From an uncultured Trueperaceae bacterium (GTDB lineage Bacteria; Deinococcota; Deinococci; Deinococcales; Trueperaceae), in contig CAWCXJ010000013.1 in assembly GCA_963799485.1 (NCBI GenBank), forward strand, positions 352,001-416,000: a stretch of 64,000 bases of DNA, in the 5' to 3' direction. This document shows positions 30,477 through 40,806 of this stretch, piece by piece. The notes under the pieces were generated by a model. That model saw nothing but the letters and a program-made list of their open reading frames with translations. It searched no databases and was not told the DNA's origin. A program made the translations under genes and the position numbers. The number at the start of each line of letters is the position of its first letter. The stretch's first letter is position 1.

Positions 30477-31373
30477 GTGAAACGCACCTCTGCCGCTTCG
30501 CCGGTTTCCTTACGGCCTAAACCCACAGCTCGAGCCGGACCGCACCACTCTGAACACGGCAAGCCGGTCACGCGTGTTACGTGTACGCCCGCCGCCCCTA
30601 CCACGCGCGCGCTTTCTCTAATCGTGCCCGCCTTCAACGAGGCAAAGCGCTTGCCGGCCACGCTCGAGCGTATCGCTGAATATCGGTGCGCGCAGGGTCT
30701 CTCAGCCGAACTTTTAATCGTCGATGACGGCTCGCGCGACGCAACGCGCGAGGTTGCCAAGGCGTTTGCGCGGGACAAGGATTGGGTACGCGTCGTGTAT
30801 TACGACGACGGGGAAAACCGGCCCGTCAACCGGGGCAAAGGCTTCGCCGTGCGCCAAGGCGTTCTCGCATCGGTCGGGTGCGAGGTCATTTTTTCCGACG
30901 CCGACCTGAGTTATCCGGTTGAGGAGCTGGAAAAACTGTTGCCGCCTGTTACGCGCGGCGAATGCGATATCGCGCTCGCCTCACGCGCGCTGCCCGAGTC
31001 GGAGTCGGCGCATCAGCCGTGGTACCGGGAGTTGATGGGGCGCACTTTTAACAAACTCGTGCGAATCGTCATCCGTACCAATATCCGGGATACGCAGTGC
31101 GGTTTCAAGGCGTTTCACGGCGACGTTGCAAGGCACCTATTCGCGCTCGCCAAAATCGACGGGTTTGGTTTCGACACCGAAATCATCTACTTAGCCGGTA
31201 AATTCGGGTATCGGGTGCTCGAGGTAGGCGTCGTCTGTCGGCACAGCAGCGAAAGCCGCATCAATCCTCTGCTCTCGCCCCTGGCGATGACACGCGAGCT
31301 TTTTGAAATCCGGCTTAACGATCTGCGCGGCGTCTACGTTGGGCGCTACCCGGAAAAGGCCGGTGGGGATTAG
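30477..31373 (+). CDS. GT2 polyprenol-phosphate glycosyltransferase (dolichyl-P glucosyltransferase-like)
   Basis: PAFNE, VDDGSRD, NRGKG, DADLS, DTQCGFK and FDTE. Confidence 0.9.
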   Translation: MKRTSAASPVSLRPKPTARAGPHHSEHGKPVTRVTCTPAAPTTRALSLIVPAFNEAKRLPATLERIAEYRCAQGLSAELLIVDDGSRDATREVAKAFARDKDWVRVVYYDDGENRPVNRGKGFAVRQGVLASVGCEVIFSDADLSYPVEELEKLLPPVTRGECDIALASRALPESESAHQPWYRELMGRTFNKLVRIVIRTNIRDTQCGFKAFHGDVARHLFALAKIDGFGFDTEIIYLAGKFGYRVLEVGVVCRHSSESRINPLLSPLAMTRELFEIRLNDLRGVYVGRYPEKAGGD

Positions 31374-31599
31374 CGACTGCATGTTTTGCGTTTGGGCACC
31401 GCGTCAGCGCGTTTGGATAAAACTTGTGCCTAAAGATTGTTGCTGTTGGTGGGCTCGAGCCTTCTCTCATCACCGGTTTCGGCTACGGCCTCGCTACCGG
31501 TAGCTCAGGACTTAAACGCGCAGACGTACCCCAAGCGGCGCACAATTAGGCAGTCTTCAGGCGATCAGTCGTTGTCGCCGTCGCCAAGGTTGATCGCTT

Positions 31600-32097
31600 T
31601 TACTGATGCCAGTCTTCAGGCGCGTTTTCTTTTTTGGCCTTTACGGTGTCTACCGCGTGCGGGATGACCCCCAGAATCGCCGCCAACGACTCCCCGGCCC
31701 CTTTCGGACTCCCCGGCAAGTTGACGATTAGCGTCTCCCGGCGTGCGCCGACAAGCCCGCGCGACAACGCCGCCTTGGGGTTCTTTTTAACCCCTTCGGC
31801 GCGCATCACCTCGGCTAGGCCGGGAACTTCAAACTCCAAAACGGCTCGAGTCGCTTCGGGGGTGCGGTCTCTTGGCGCGAGTCCCGTGCCGCCCGTTGTC
31901 AAAATCAGCTCGACCTCCCCGGAATCCGCCCACGCTTCAAGCTGCGCCCGAATCTGCTCCGGCTCATCAGGGACGATTTTGTAGTCGGTTTCAGTAAAAC
32001 CGTCTGGTAGCAGCGCACGAATCTGGTCGACTGTCGTATCGTCGCGCTGACCCTTTGCACCCTTGTCGCTCACGGTTAAAATCACAGTCCGAATCAT
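31600..32097 (-). CDS. MogA/MoaB molybdopterin adenylyltransferase
   Basis: LTVSD, VPDE, TTGGTG, RDRTPEA and NLPGSPK. Confidence 0.9.
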   Translation of the reverse strand: MIRTVILTVSDKGAKGQRDDTTVDQIRALLPDGFTETDYKIVPDEPEQIRAQLEAWADSGEVELILTTGGTGLAPRDRTPEATRAVLEFEVPGLAEVMRAEGVKKNPKAALSRGLVGARRETLIVNLPGSPKGAGESLAAILGVIPHAVDTVKAKKENAPEDWHQ

Positions 32098-32257
32098 GCT
32101 TGACAGCATACCTGCAGCTCGAGCCTCAAGCTGCGGCGGCGTTTTGGTTTTTATGTGTACCCGGTTGAAGCCGGAGTGTAGCAGTCCCCCGTGCGACGCG
32201 GTAGGCTAGAGCGAATCAGAACAGGCTGCCGGAACTGCGGACAGCATAGGAGGCAAA

Positions 32258-33480
<1,223 letters not shown>

Positions 33481-33484
<4 letters not shown>

Positions 33485-34413
33485 GTATTCTCGTAGATAC
33501 GAACACCAAACTACTGGTTCAGGGCATCGGTAACTTCGGACGTTTTCACGCCGACCGCTCGGTCGCTTACGGCACCAACGTCGTCGGCGCGGTGCATCCG
33601 AGCCGTGCCGGACAGACCGAAGTCTTCGAGGGCGAAACCGACCACTCCGGCGTTCCCGGACGGCCCGACACCTACCACGTTGAAGTCCCCATCTTTTTTA
33701 CGGTGCAAGAAGCCGTGGAGCAGACCGGCGCAAACGCCACCGTCATCTTCGTACCGGGGCCGTTTGCCGGTGACGCCATCATGGAGGCCGCCGACGCCGG
33801 CATCCCGCTGATTGTCTGCATCACCGAAGGCATCGCTATTATGGATATGGTGCGGGTCAAGCGCTACTTGGAGGGCAAACCCACGCGCCTGGTCGGGCCG
33901 AACTGCCCCGGCGTCATCACCCCGCACGAATGCCGCATCGGGATTATGCCGGGATACATCCACCAAAAGGGCAAAATCGGCGTTATCTCGCGCTCGGGCA
34001 CCCTGACCTACGAAGCAGTGCATCAGCTGACCCAAAACGGCCTCGGGCAGACGACGGCTGTCGGTATCGGCGGCGACCCCGTAAACGGCACGAACTTTGT
34101 AGACGTTTTAGAGATGTTCAACGACGACCCGGAAACCGAAGGCGTGGTGATGATCGGCGAAATCGGCGGCACCGCTGAAGAGGAAGCCGCCGCCTGGATC
34201 AAGGCCAACATGACCAAACCCGTCGCGGGCTTTATCGCCGGGACGACGGCCCCACCGGGCAAACGCATGGGGCACGCCGGGGCGATTATCTCGGGCGGGA
34301 AAGGGACGGCTGCCGACAAGATGGCGGCCCTGAAAGACGCCGGGGTGGTGGTTGCGCCGACGCCGACGGATATGGGAGCGGCGATGATGGAGGCGATGGG
34401 AAAAAAGTCTTAA
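33481..34413 (+). CDS. sucD: Succinyl-CoA ligase alpha subunit
   Basis: [20 protein letters not shown] and RMGHAGA. Confidence 0.97.
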
Positions 34414-34433
34414 GATAAATCTCAAGAGCTTCT

Positions 34434-35255
34434 ATGGACGAGTCAAAAAGTGAAAAACTTGCAAATTTTATCTCTTCTATGGAAGCTCTGAGCAGTGCTT
34501 TAGACGAATTTTTTGGACTGGTTGAAAAAGCGGCGGAAGACTACAAGCAAGCATTAAAAGATGGTTCCGAGAGTGACATCGAGGATGCTCTTGAGAGTTT
34601 CATGTTTTCTCAGTATCAATATATGCGCTCTAAATTTAATGGCTTATGGTACGAGGATATCAATTTAGAGCGCGGAATTTATAGACATGTTCCTTCTATA
34701 AGCATGTTTGGGGCACTCGATTTTGAATTTCTGATTCAGTCCTTGCTCTATATTCTTCAGGACAAGTACTATACTTTGACAAGCACCAGTTATGACGGTG
34801 GCATAGACCTTGAGTTCAGAGAAAACTTTTATTTCGGAAACGATATTGTTGGCTTCGGAAATTACTATGCTCAATGTAAATTGTATAGAGGAAACGTTCC
34901 GGTTGCACACATTAGGGATTTCTTCGGAGTAATAACTAATCAAGCAGCAGAGGGTTATTTCTTCACTACGGGAATAATTTCATCTTCGGGTAAAAAATTT
35001 ATTGAGAGTGCAAACAAATCTTCTTATTCGAACAAGTTGTACTTTGCGGATAAGCAAACTCTAAAGGTGTTACTTGAGATGGCAGATGAGGTTGTTGCTG
35101 TCACTGAAGCGCTCATGGAGATTGATTACACCACAGGCAATGGTCAAGAAACTTTTGATACACTTTGGAAACAGATAAAAAGAATCAAGCTCAAGAGCAA
35201 AGAAGTTATGAGTCCAAAACAACCAACAAACTTTCAGCGGAAACTTTTTGAATAG
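34434..35255 (+). CDS. Mrr-like PD-(D/E)xK restriction endonuclease
   Basis: FEFLI...YDGGID...YAQCKLY...IRDFFG...GYFFTTG; markedly AT-rich. Confidence 0.8.
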   Translation: MDESKSEKLANFISSMEALSSALDEFFGLVEKAAEDYKQALKDGSESDIEDALESFMFSQYQYMRSKFNGLWYEDINLERGIYRHVPSISMFGALDFEFLIQSLLYILQDKYYTLTSTSYDGGIDLEFRENFYFGNDIVGFGNYYAQCKLYRGNVPVAHIRDFFGVITNQAAEGYFFTTGIISSSGKKFIESANKSSYSNKLYFADKQTLKVLLEMADEVVAVTEALMEIDYTTGNGQETFDTLWKQIKRIKLKSKEVMSPKQPTNFQRKLFE

Positions 35256-35260
35256 ACAAA

Positions 35261-36039
35261 GGTAATGGCCCACCGAAGAATGCTACGTTAAGGGATGGTC
35301 ACAAAGGTCATAAGTTGCTACCACTGCGGGAGTGAAAAGCTCAAGAAGAACGGTTTTGCGCCTAACGGCAAACAGAAGTACTGGTGTAAAGCTTGCGGCA
35401 AAGCGAGCCGCGATAGGCCAGCTGCTAAAGGTTACCGCGAAGCGCGCAAGGAAGAGATTCTAAGGGCTTATCAGGAGCGTTCAAGCTTGCGAGGTCTGAG
35501 TCGCACGTTTGGCGTGTCTAGAACTACAGTGACGAAGTGGCTCAAAAAAAACCAAGACATTAGCGCCACTCAAAGACACCCTGCTTCCCCCGGAGCGCCC
35601 TGAGCAAGTGATACTCGAACTCGATGAGCTTTGGTCTTTTGTAGGTTCTAAAAGCAACAAACGCTGGGTCTGGTTCGCTCTTTGCAAACGGACACGGCAA
35701 GTTGTCGCGTGCGTTGTGGGTGGACGCGGTGAGGCAACGTGCAAACAGTTATGGCGTTCGGTACCTAAATCTTACCAGCAGGGCAGCTGCTACAGCGATT
35801 TTTGCAAAGCCTACCAACTTGTTCTCCCCAAAGAGCGCCATCAGGCCGTTGGCAAAGGCACGGGTTTGACCAACCACCTTGAGCGTTTCAACTGTACTCT
35901 TAGGCAACGGCTTAGTCGCTTCGTTAGAAAAACCCTGTCTTTCTCCAAGTCCGATGCAATGCACCTCATTTGCTTACACCTCTTCTTGCACCGCTACAAC
36001 TTAGAGCGGGCTTCGAGCATTCGTTAATGGGCCACTACC
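35261..36039 (+). mobile_element. IS1-family insertion sequence, complete
   Basis: Imperfect 24-bp TIRs GGTA(A/G)TGGCCCA-N5-GAATGCT; 6-bp TSD GACAAA (35255-35260 and 36040-36045). InsA zinc ribbon/HTH at 35295-35603; InsB (ELDELWSFV, TNHLERFN) ends at 36027; A8 run at 35544-35551. Confidence 0.95.
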
Positions 36040-36110
36040 GACAAATTCCGAGTTCGCCGCCAGCTCGAGCCCCTCTTCGCTCTATACTGTTCTCTGAGGT
36101 TGGTGACGAC

Positions 36111-36344
36111 ATGTTGGACTGGTCAAGCTGCTCTGCGGTAGAACGTGACGCTCAAAAAGTCAGTGGGGCTTGGGTGTTTAAGGGCTCGAGGGTTCCGGTC
36201 AGGGCACTTCTTGAGAACTTGGAAGATGGTGCAACGGTAGACGAGTTTCTCGAGTGGTTTCCCGGAATGACCAAGAACGCAGGTTCAGGGGTACTCGAAC
36301 ACTCACCAGTCGTAGCTTATAACGCTGAGCCTAGCGGTACGTGA
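36111..36344 (+). CDS. DUF433-family antitoxin (C-terminus may be degenerate)
   Basis: VSGAWVFKGSRVPVRALLENLEDGATVDEFLEWFP. Confidence 0.8.
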   Translation: MLDWSSCSAVERDAQKVSGAWVFKGSRVPVRALLENLEDGATVDEFLEWFPGMTKNAGSGVLEHSPVVAYNAEPSGT

Positions 36345-36565
36345 TAATACTTTAGGATTAAGGTCACCATCGCCCCACTACAAAGCATCGGCGGTAGATA
36401 TAACGTACGGGGGCTTTCGAATTAGGATGGACAAATTCTCGATAACGGGCGTCCGCACTGACCGAAGCCGGAACAAGCCGGGTTTGAGACGTTAATCACC
36501 ACAGACTTCAGAAGCGTGCCTATCAGCAAAATTTGCCGGAGCGCGAGCGACGACTTGCAGTAGTT
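36341..36565 (+). pseudogene. Decayed PIN-like toxin partner of DUF433
   Basis: Fragments AFELGW, EQAGFETLITTD and YQQNLPER are spread over shifting frames. Confidence 0.6.
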
Positions 36566-36588
36566 CCTCCGGCAGCATAAAGCATAGA

Positions 36589-36915
36589 GTGAAGCTACTG
36601 TTTGACCAAAACCTTTCGCACCGACTTGCACAAACGCTCCGCGACCTTTCCCGGTTCGTTGCATGTGCGGAACGTAGGACTCAAGAAGCAGTTGACACTG
36701 TGATGTGGAACTATGCTAAAGAACACGGCTTCACAATCGTCTCAAAAGATATCGACTTTCGACCAAGGAGCTTTATTTTCGGAGCCCCGCCAAAGTGATT
36801 GGCATACGCTTGGGCAACTGTTCTGACGGCGAGGTTGAGTTGCACCTCCGGCACCATGCGCCAAGCAATTGAGGCTTTTGATGCAGACACAGGCTTGTCT
36901 TTCTCACATATCCGT
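36589..36915 (+). pseudogene. DUF5615-type PIN-like toxin, frameshifted
   Basis: MKLLFDQNLS...YAKEHGFTIVSKDIDF...GAPPK, then VIGIRLGNCS in another frame. Confidence 0.75.
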
Positions 36916-36942
36916 TGGGAGCCGAACTTAACGACTGAACCT

Positions 36943-37168
36943 TTACGGTACGAACTCATCATTTACTGGAGTGAAGAGGACAATGCCTTTATCGCTGAAG
37001 TCCCCGAGTTGCCGGGGTGTGCGGCAGGTACGAAGTTTGCGAAGCAACGGCGCGACTTACGCCGAAGCAGTAGCCAACGCTGAAATTGTGATTCAGGAGT
37101 GGCTCGAGACCGCCAAAGAGTTGGGCCGTGATATTCCGCAACCTAGAGGAAAACTCGTTTACGCTTAG
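36943..37168 (+). pseudogene. hicB: HicB-family antitoxin interrupted by a 19-bp insertion
   Basis: YELIIYWSEEDNAFIAEVPELPGCAA / GATYAEAVANAEIVIQEWLETAKELGRDIPQP. Removing 37028-37046 restores the frame (CAADGATY). Confidence 0.85.
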
Positions 37169-37194
37169 AACTTTCGGTAAATCTTATAGAGTAT

Positions 37195-37221
37195 TGATTC
37201 GCACATCAGTTTGTGCAATCA
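37195..37221. promoter_or_regulatory. Inverted repeat upstream of vapB (probable autorepression site)
   Basis: TGATTCGCACA-TCAGTT-TGTGCAATCA. Confidence 0.5.
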
Positions 37222-37225
37222 GAGC

Positions 37226-37426
37226 GTGGCAACGAATTTACAGTTAGATGACAACTTGATTCGTGAAGCCCTCGAGCTCGGCAAGCACCGCACCAAACGC
37301 GCCGTTATCGAGGAAACGTTACAGGAATACGTGCAGCGCCGTAAACAGCTCCGGGTGCTCGAGCTCTTCGGCACGGTCGAGTACGATAAAGATTACGACT
37401 ACAAGGTGCAGCGCCGCCGGGAGTGA
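37226..37426 (+). CDS. vapB: VapB-family antitoxin
   Basis: ATNLQLDDNLIREALELGKHRTKRAVIEETLQEYVQRRKQ. Confidence 0.85.
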   Translation: MATNLQLDDNLIREALELGKHRTKRAVIEETLQEYVQRRKQLRVLELFGTVEYDKDYDYKVQRRRE

Positions 37427-37787
37427 GGGTTCTAGTTGACACCTCGGTCTGGTCGCTGGCGTTCAGGCGTAACGAAAACGCCGATGACCCACACGTCATG
37501 CTTTTGCGCGAGCTTATCCGCGACGGGCGTGCGCTACTCCTCGGTGCAGTTAGGCAAGAGGTACTTTCAGGCATCCGCTACGAGGCACAGTTCGAGCGGC
37601 TCAAACTTTACCTGCAAGCTTTTCCTCATCTCGAGTTGAGCAGTAACGACTTTGGGCTGGCAGCAGCATTTTTTAATACCTGTTCTGTGCGGTTGCAGCG
37701 CGTAGGCAGTTTGAAATTTTAACAACAGACAAGGACTTCAGGGCATTTCAGACACTTTTACCTATCAAACTTTATGGTGCCGGATAA
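37423..37787 (+). pseudogene. vapC: VapC PIN toxin with internal deletion/frameshift
   Basis: VLVDTSVWS...RQEVLSG...FNTC, then CAVAARRQFEILTTDKDF in another frame; the intervening Asp-bearing segment is missing. Confidence 0.8.
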
Positions 37788-37991
37788 GGCTGCGAGAGCT
37801 TTACCTCGCGACCCTCGGATACTTTTCCGGCATCTCTAAAATGTCTAAGCTCAATACGTCCAGCGCCGGCCAGCAGAGATGGTTAGGCGACTCGAGCCAA
37901 GACTTTATCTCAACCGGGTTTGTTCAGCAAAACGCAGCCTAAACCTCAGGTGACCCCGTGCTTTTTTCCCAAACTCCTGTTATAACTGCGT

Positions 37992-38918
37992 ATGAAACTC
38001 TGGCTTACCTGTCTGCTCTTTCTCACCGCTTGCGCCCCCACCTTTACGCCACCCGCCGCGCGCGCGCCCGTCATTCCCGGCGCAACCCCGCAAACCGTCG
38101 CGTTCGGCCCCTACACCACCTACTACGAAACCCTTGGTGAGGGCGACGCGGTAGTTCTCGTGCACGGGATTGGAGGCGGCTCGAGCCTGTTCCAGTACCG
38201 TAAAAACGCCGCCGCCCTGGCAGCTGCCGGGCTCAAGGTCTACGCCCTCGATTTGCTCGGTTTTGGTCGGAGCAGTCGCCCGGACATCCGTTATACGCAG
38301 GATTTACTGACCGAACAGCTCACCGAATTTCTAGACCGGCTGCCGACGCCTGCCGCCGTCGTCGCCAACGGTCTCAGCGCGGCCTACGCGATCCGCATCG
38401 CCGCCGAACGTCCGGAGCTCATCAGCAAACTCGTGCTGATTAGTCCGACCGGCTACGAGCGGCTTGCCCGTCCGCAAAACGAAGACCGTATCGCCGGGTT
38501 CAACCGGTTTCGCGGGATTTTGGGCGGGATTTTTAACACCTTGCTGCTCGACCCCGGCACGCAGCGGTTTTTCTTACTCGACGCCTACGCAGGGCGCAAG
38601 AGCCTGACGCCCGAAGTTCTGGAAAGCTATGATGATAATTTGCGGGTTGAAAACGCCCGCTGGGTGATTTTTTCATTTGTCAGCGGCAACCTAGACCAGG
38701 ACGTCTCACGGCTCTGGCCCGAGGTGCAGCAGCCGGTGCTGATCCTGTGGGGCAGCGAGGCGACGACGACGCCTATCGGCGACGCACAGGACTTCATAGG
38801 GGCGAGGCCGCAGACGACGCTGCTACCGATTCGCGGCGTCAAGCTCTTGCCAAACGAGGACAGGCCGGGGGTGTTTAACCGGGTGGTGCGTTCCTTTTTA
38901 CGGGGCGGGCTGGAATAG
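37992..38918 (+). CDS. Alpha/beta-hydrolase-fold lipoprotein, canonical triad not evident
   Basis: LTAC lipobox, LVHGIG and DLLGFGRS; the elbow reads ANGLS and the His loop reads LLPNED. Confidence 0.8.
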   Translation: MKLWLTCLLFLTACAPTFTPPAARAPVIPGATPQTVAFGPYTTYYETLGEGDAVVLVHGIGGGSSLFQYRKNAAALAAAGLKVYALDLLGFGRSSRPDIRYTQDLLTEQLTEFLDRLPTPAAVVANGLSAAYAIRIAAERPELISKLVLISPTGYERLARPQNEDRIAGFNRFRGILGGIFNTLLLDPGTQRFFLLDAYAGRKSLTPEVLESYDDNLRVENARWVIFSFVSGNLDQDVSRLWPEVQQPVLILWGSEATTTPIGDAQDFIGARPQTTLLPIRGVKLLPNEDRPGVFNRVVRSFLRGGLE

Positions 38919-38923
38919 CGGGG

Positions 38924-40099
38924 ATGATTAAAGCTGCCTTACGTTCGAGCACGCGCGTCTCGAGCTTTGGTGAAACCGTTTTTGCGACCTATACCCGTCT
39001 CGCCGAGCAGCACGGAGCGGTCAATCTGGGGCAGGGCTTCCCCGACTTCGCGCCGCCGGACTTTGCTCTGGAAGCCTTGCGCGAAGCGGCCTCCGGCCCG
39101 CAGCAGTACGCGCCGCTGCCGGGGTTGCCCGCGCTACTCGGGGCCGTCGCCCAAAAGATGTCGGTGAGCTTGGGCCGAGAGGTGCGTGCGCCGGAAAACG
39201 TGCAGATTACCGTGGGCGCGACCGAGGCGCTTTTTGCCGTTATGCAGGCGTTTGTGAGTCCGGGTGATGAGGTGGTGGTACTCGAGCCCTTTTACGACGC
39301 CTACCCCGCCGACGTGGTGATGGCGGGCGGGGTACCCAAGTTTGTCGCCTTAGAACCGCAAGGAAACGACTGGATTTTGGACTTCGACGCGCTCGCAGCG
39401 GCGTTTACGGACAAAACCAAAGCCCTTATCTTAAACACGCCGCACAATCCGACGGGCAAGGTTTTTACGGCGGTCGAACTCGACCGCATCGTCGCGCTAG
39501 CCGAGCATTACGACGTACTTATCGTCAGCGATGAGGTGTACGAGCACCTCGCCTTTACGCCGCATGTGGGGATTACGAGCCGTCCGGGGGCGTGGGAGCG
39601 GACCTTGAGCGTCTCGAGCATCGGCAAAACATTTTCGGTGACAGGCTGGAAGGTCGGTTGGGTGGTCGGGCCGGAGGCGCTCATCACCCCGTTACGGCGA
39701 GCCCATCAGTGGATACCGTTCGCGGTGGCGACCCCGTTGCAAGCGGCGGCGGCGGAGCTTCTCAAAACAGCCGGGACAAACGGTTACTACGCCGAGTTTG
39801 AGCAAATGTTCAGGCACAAACGCGATCTACTTCTGGCGCAGCTCCGGGACACGCCGTTTCGGGCGCTCGAGCCTCAGGGCGGCTATTTCGTTATAGCAGA
39901 CAGCGCGGCTTTGGGTTACAAAGATGATGTTCAGCTCTGCAACGCGCTGCCCGAACGCGCGGGCGTCGTCGCCATTCCGCCGAGCGCGTTCTATTCGGAC
40001 GCGCACAAACCTCTGGCTAAAAACCTCGTGCGTTTTGCCTTTTGCAAGTCGGATGAGGCGATTTGGGAGGCCGGAAGACGGCTTCGGGGGCTCGCGTGA
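38924..40099 (+). CDS. Class I/II PLP aminotransferase (YbdL/kynurenine aminotransferase-like)
   Basis: NLGQGFPD, GATEA, NTPHNPTG, SDEVYE, GKTFSVTGWKVG and RFAFCK. Confidence 0.92.
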   Translation: MIKAALRSSTRVSSFGETVFATYTRLAEQHGAVNLGQGFPDFAPPDFALEALREAASGPQQYAPLPGLPALLGAVAQKMSVSLGREVRAPENVQITVGATEALFAVMQAFVSPGDEVVVLEPFYDAYPADVVMAGGVPKFVALEPQGNDWILDFDALAAAFTDKTKALILNTPHNPTGKVFTAVELDRIVALAEHYDVLIVSDEVYEHLAFTPHVGITSRPGAWERTLSVSSIGKTFSVTGWKVGWVVGPEALITPLRRAHQWIPFAVATPLQAAAAELLKTAGTNGYYAEFEQMFRHKRDLLLAQLRDTPFRALEPQGGYFVIADSAALGYKDDVQLCNALPERAGVVAIPPSAFYSDAHKPLAKNLVRFAFCKSDEAIWEAGRRLRGLA

Positions 40100-40806
40100 T
40101 GTTTTTACTCGGGCTTACGGGCGTGGGTAAAAGTACCGCCGTAAACGCCCTGCAAACGAGTGGCGTCCCCCTGACCCTGCTCCCTAACCGCCGCACCTTG
40201 ACCGACGAGCTGATTATTCCCGAGATGCAGCGGGCGGCGGGTAGCGCCGTAAAGCCCGTAAAAGATAGACTCGAGCGTTTTGAACTGACCCGGCACTACC
40301 GTAAAACGCATCCGGGCGGCGTCGTCCACGCGCTCTTGAAACATCTTGAAAGGCACCCTTACGGCGACGAAGAAACGCTGCTGTTCGACAACCTGCGTGC
40401 GCCGGACGAGGCTCGAGCCGCCGCCGAAACCTTTACGGGCGCACGGTTTATCGCTCTGGACGCACCTCCTTTGGTACGGCTGTTACGGCTCGTGGGCAGA
40501 CACGACGATTTCGACCAAGTTGCGGCGCAAATTAAAAGCACCTCTTTTACCGAACAACTCCTGGCCGTAGAAAACCTGAACGCGCTGTTCGACGCGAACA
40601 AGCTGGCACTGCTAGCAGCACAAGGCGTACCCAGACGCGACATTCTAAAAGCCGTTCATATCATCGTGGGCGAAGCGCAAAACTACGATATGAACGCTGC
40701 CGCCGCCTACTTGCACGAAACGCAGACTGCTGCAACCTTTTTGCACCTTGACACCGCCGACCTCTCCCCGGACACGGTGCGGGCGCGGATTCGGGCGTGG
40801 CTCTAG
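40099..40806 (+). CDS. P-loop NTPase / small-molecule kinase-like protein
   Basis: N-terminal GLTGVGKST, LLFDNLR and FIALDAP...RLLRLVGR (NMP-kinase-like layout). Confidence 0.7.
   Translation: MFLLGLTGVGKSTAVNALQTSGVPLTLLPNRRTLTDELIIPEMQRAAGSAVKPVKDRLERFELTRHYRKTHPGGVVHALLKHLERHPYGDEETLLFDNLRAPDEARAAAETFTGARFIALDAPPLVRLLRLVGRHDDFDQVAAQIKSTSFTEQLLAVENLNALFDANKLALLAAQGVPRRDILKAVHIIVGEAQNYDMNAAAAYLHETQTAATFLHLDTADLSPDTVRARIRAWL

Noticed and set aside
36040..37950. TA run as an integron cassette array
   Set aside because: No integrase and no convincing paired RYYYAAC/GTTRRRY attC sites between the genes by eye.
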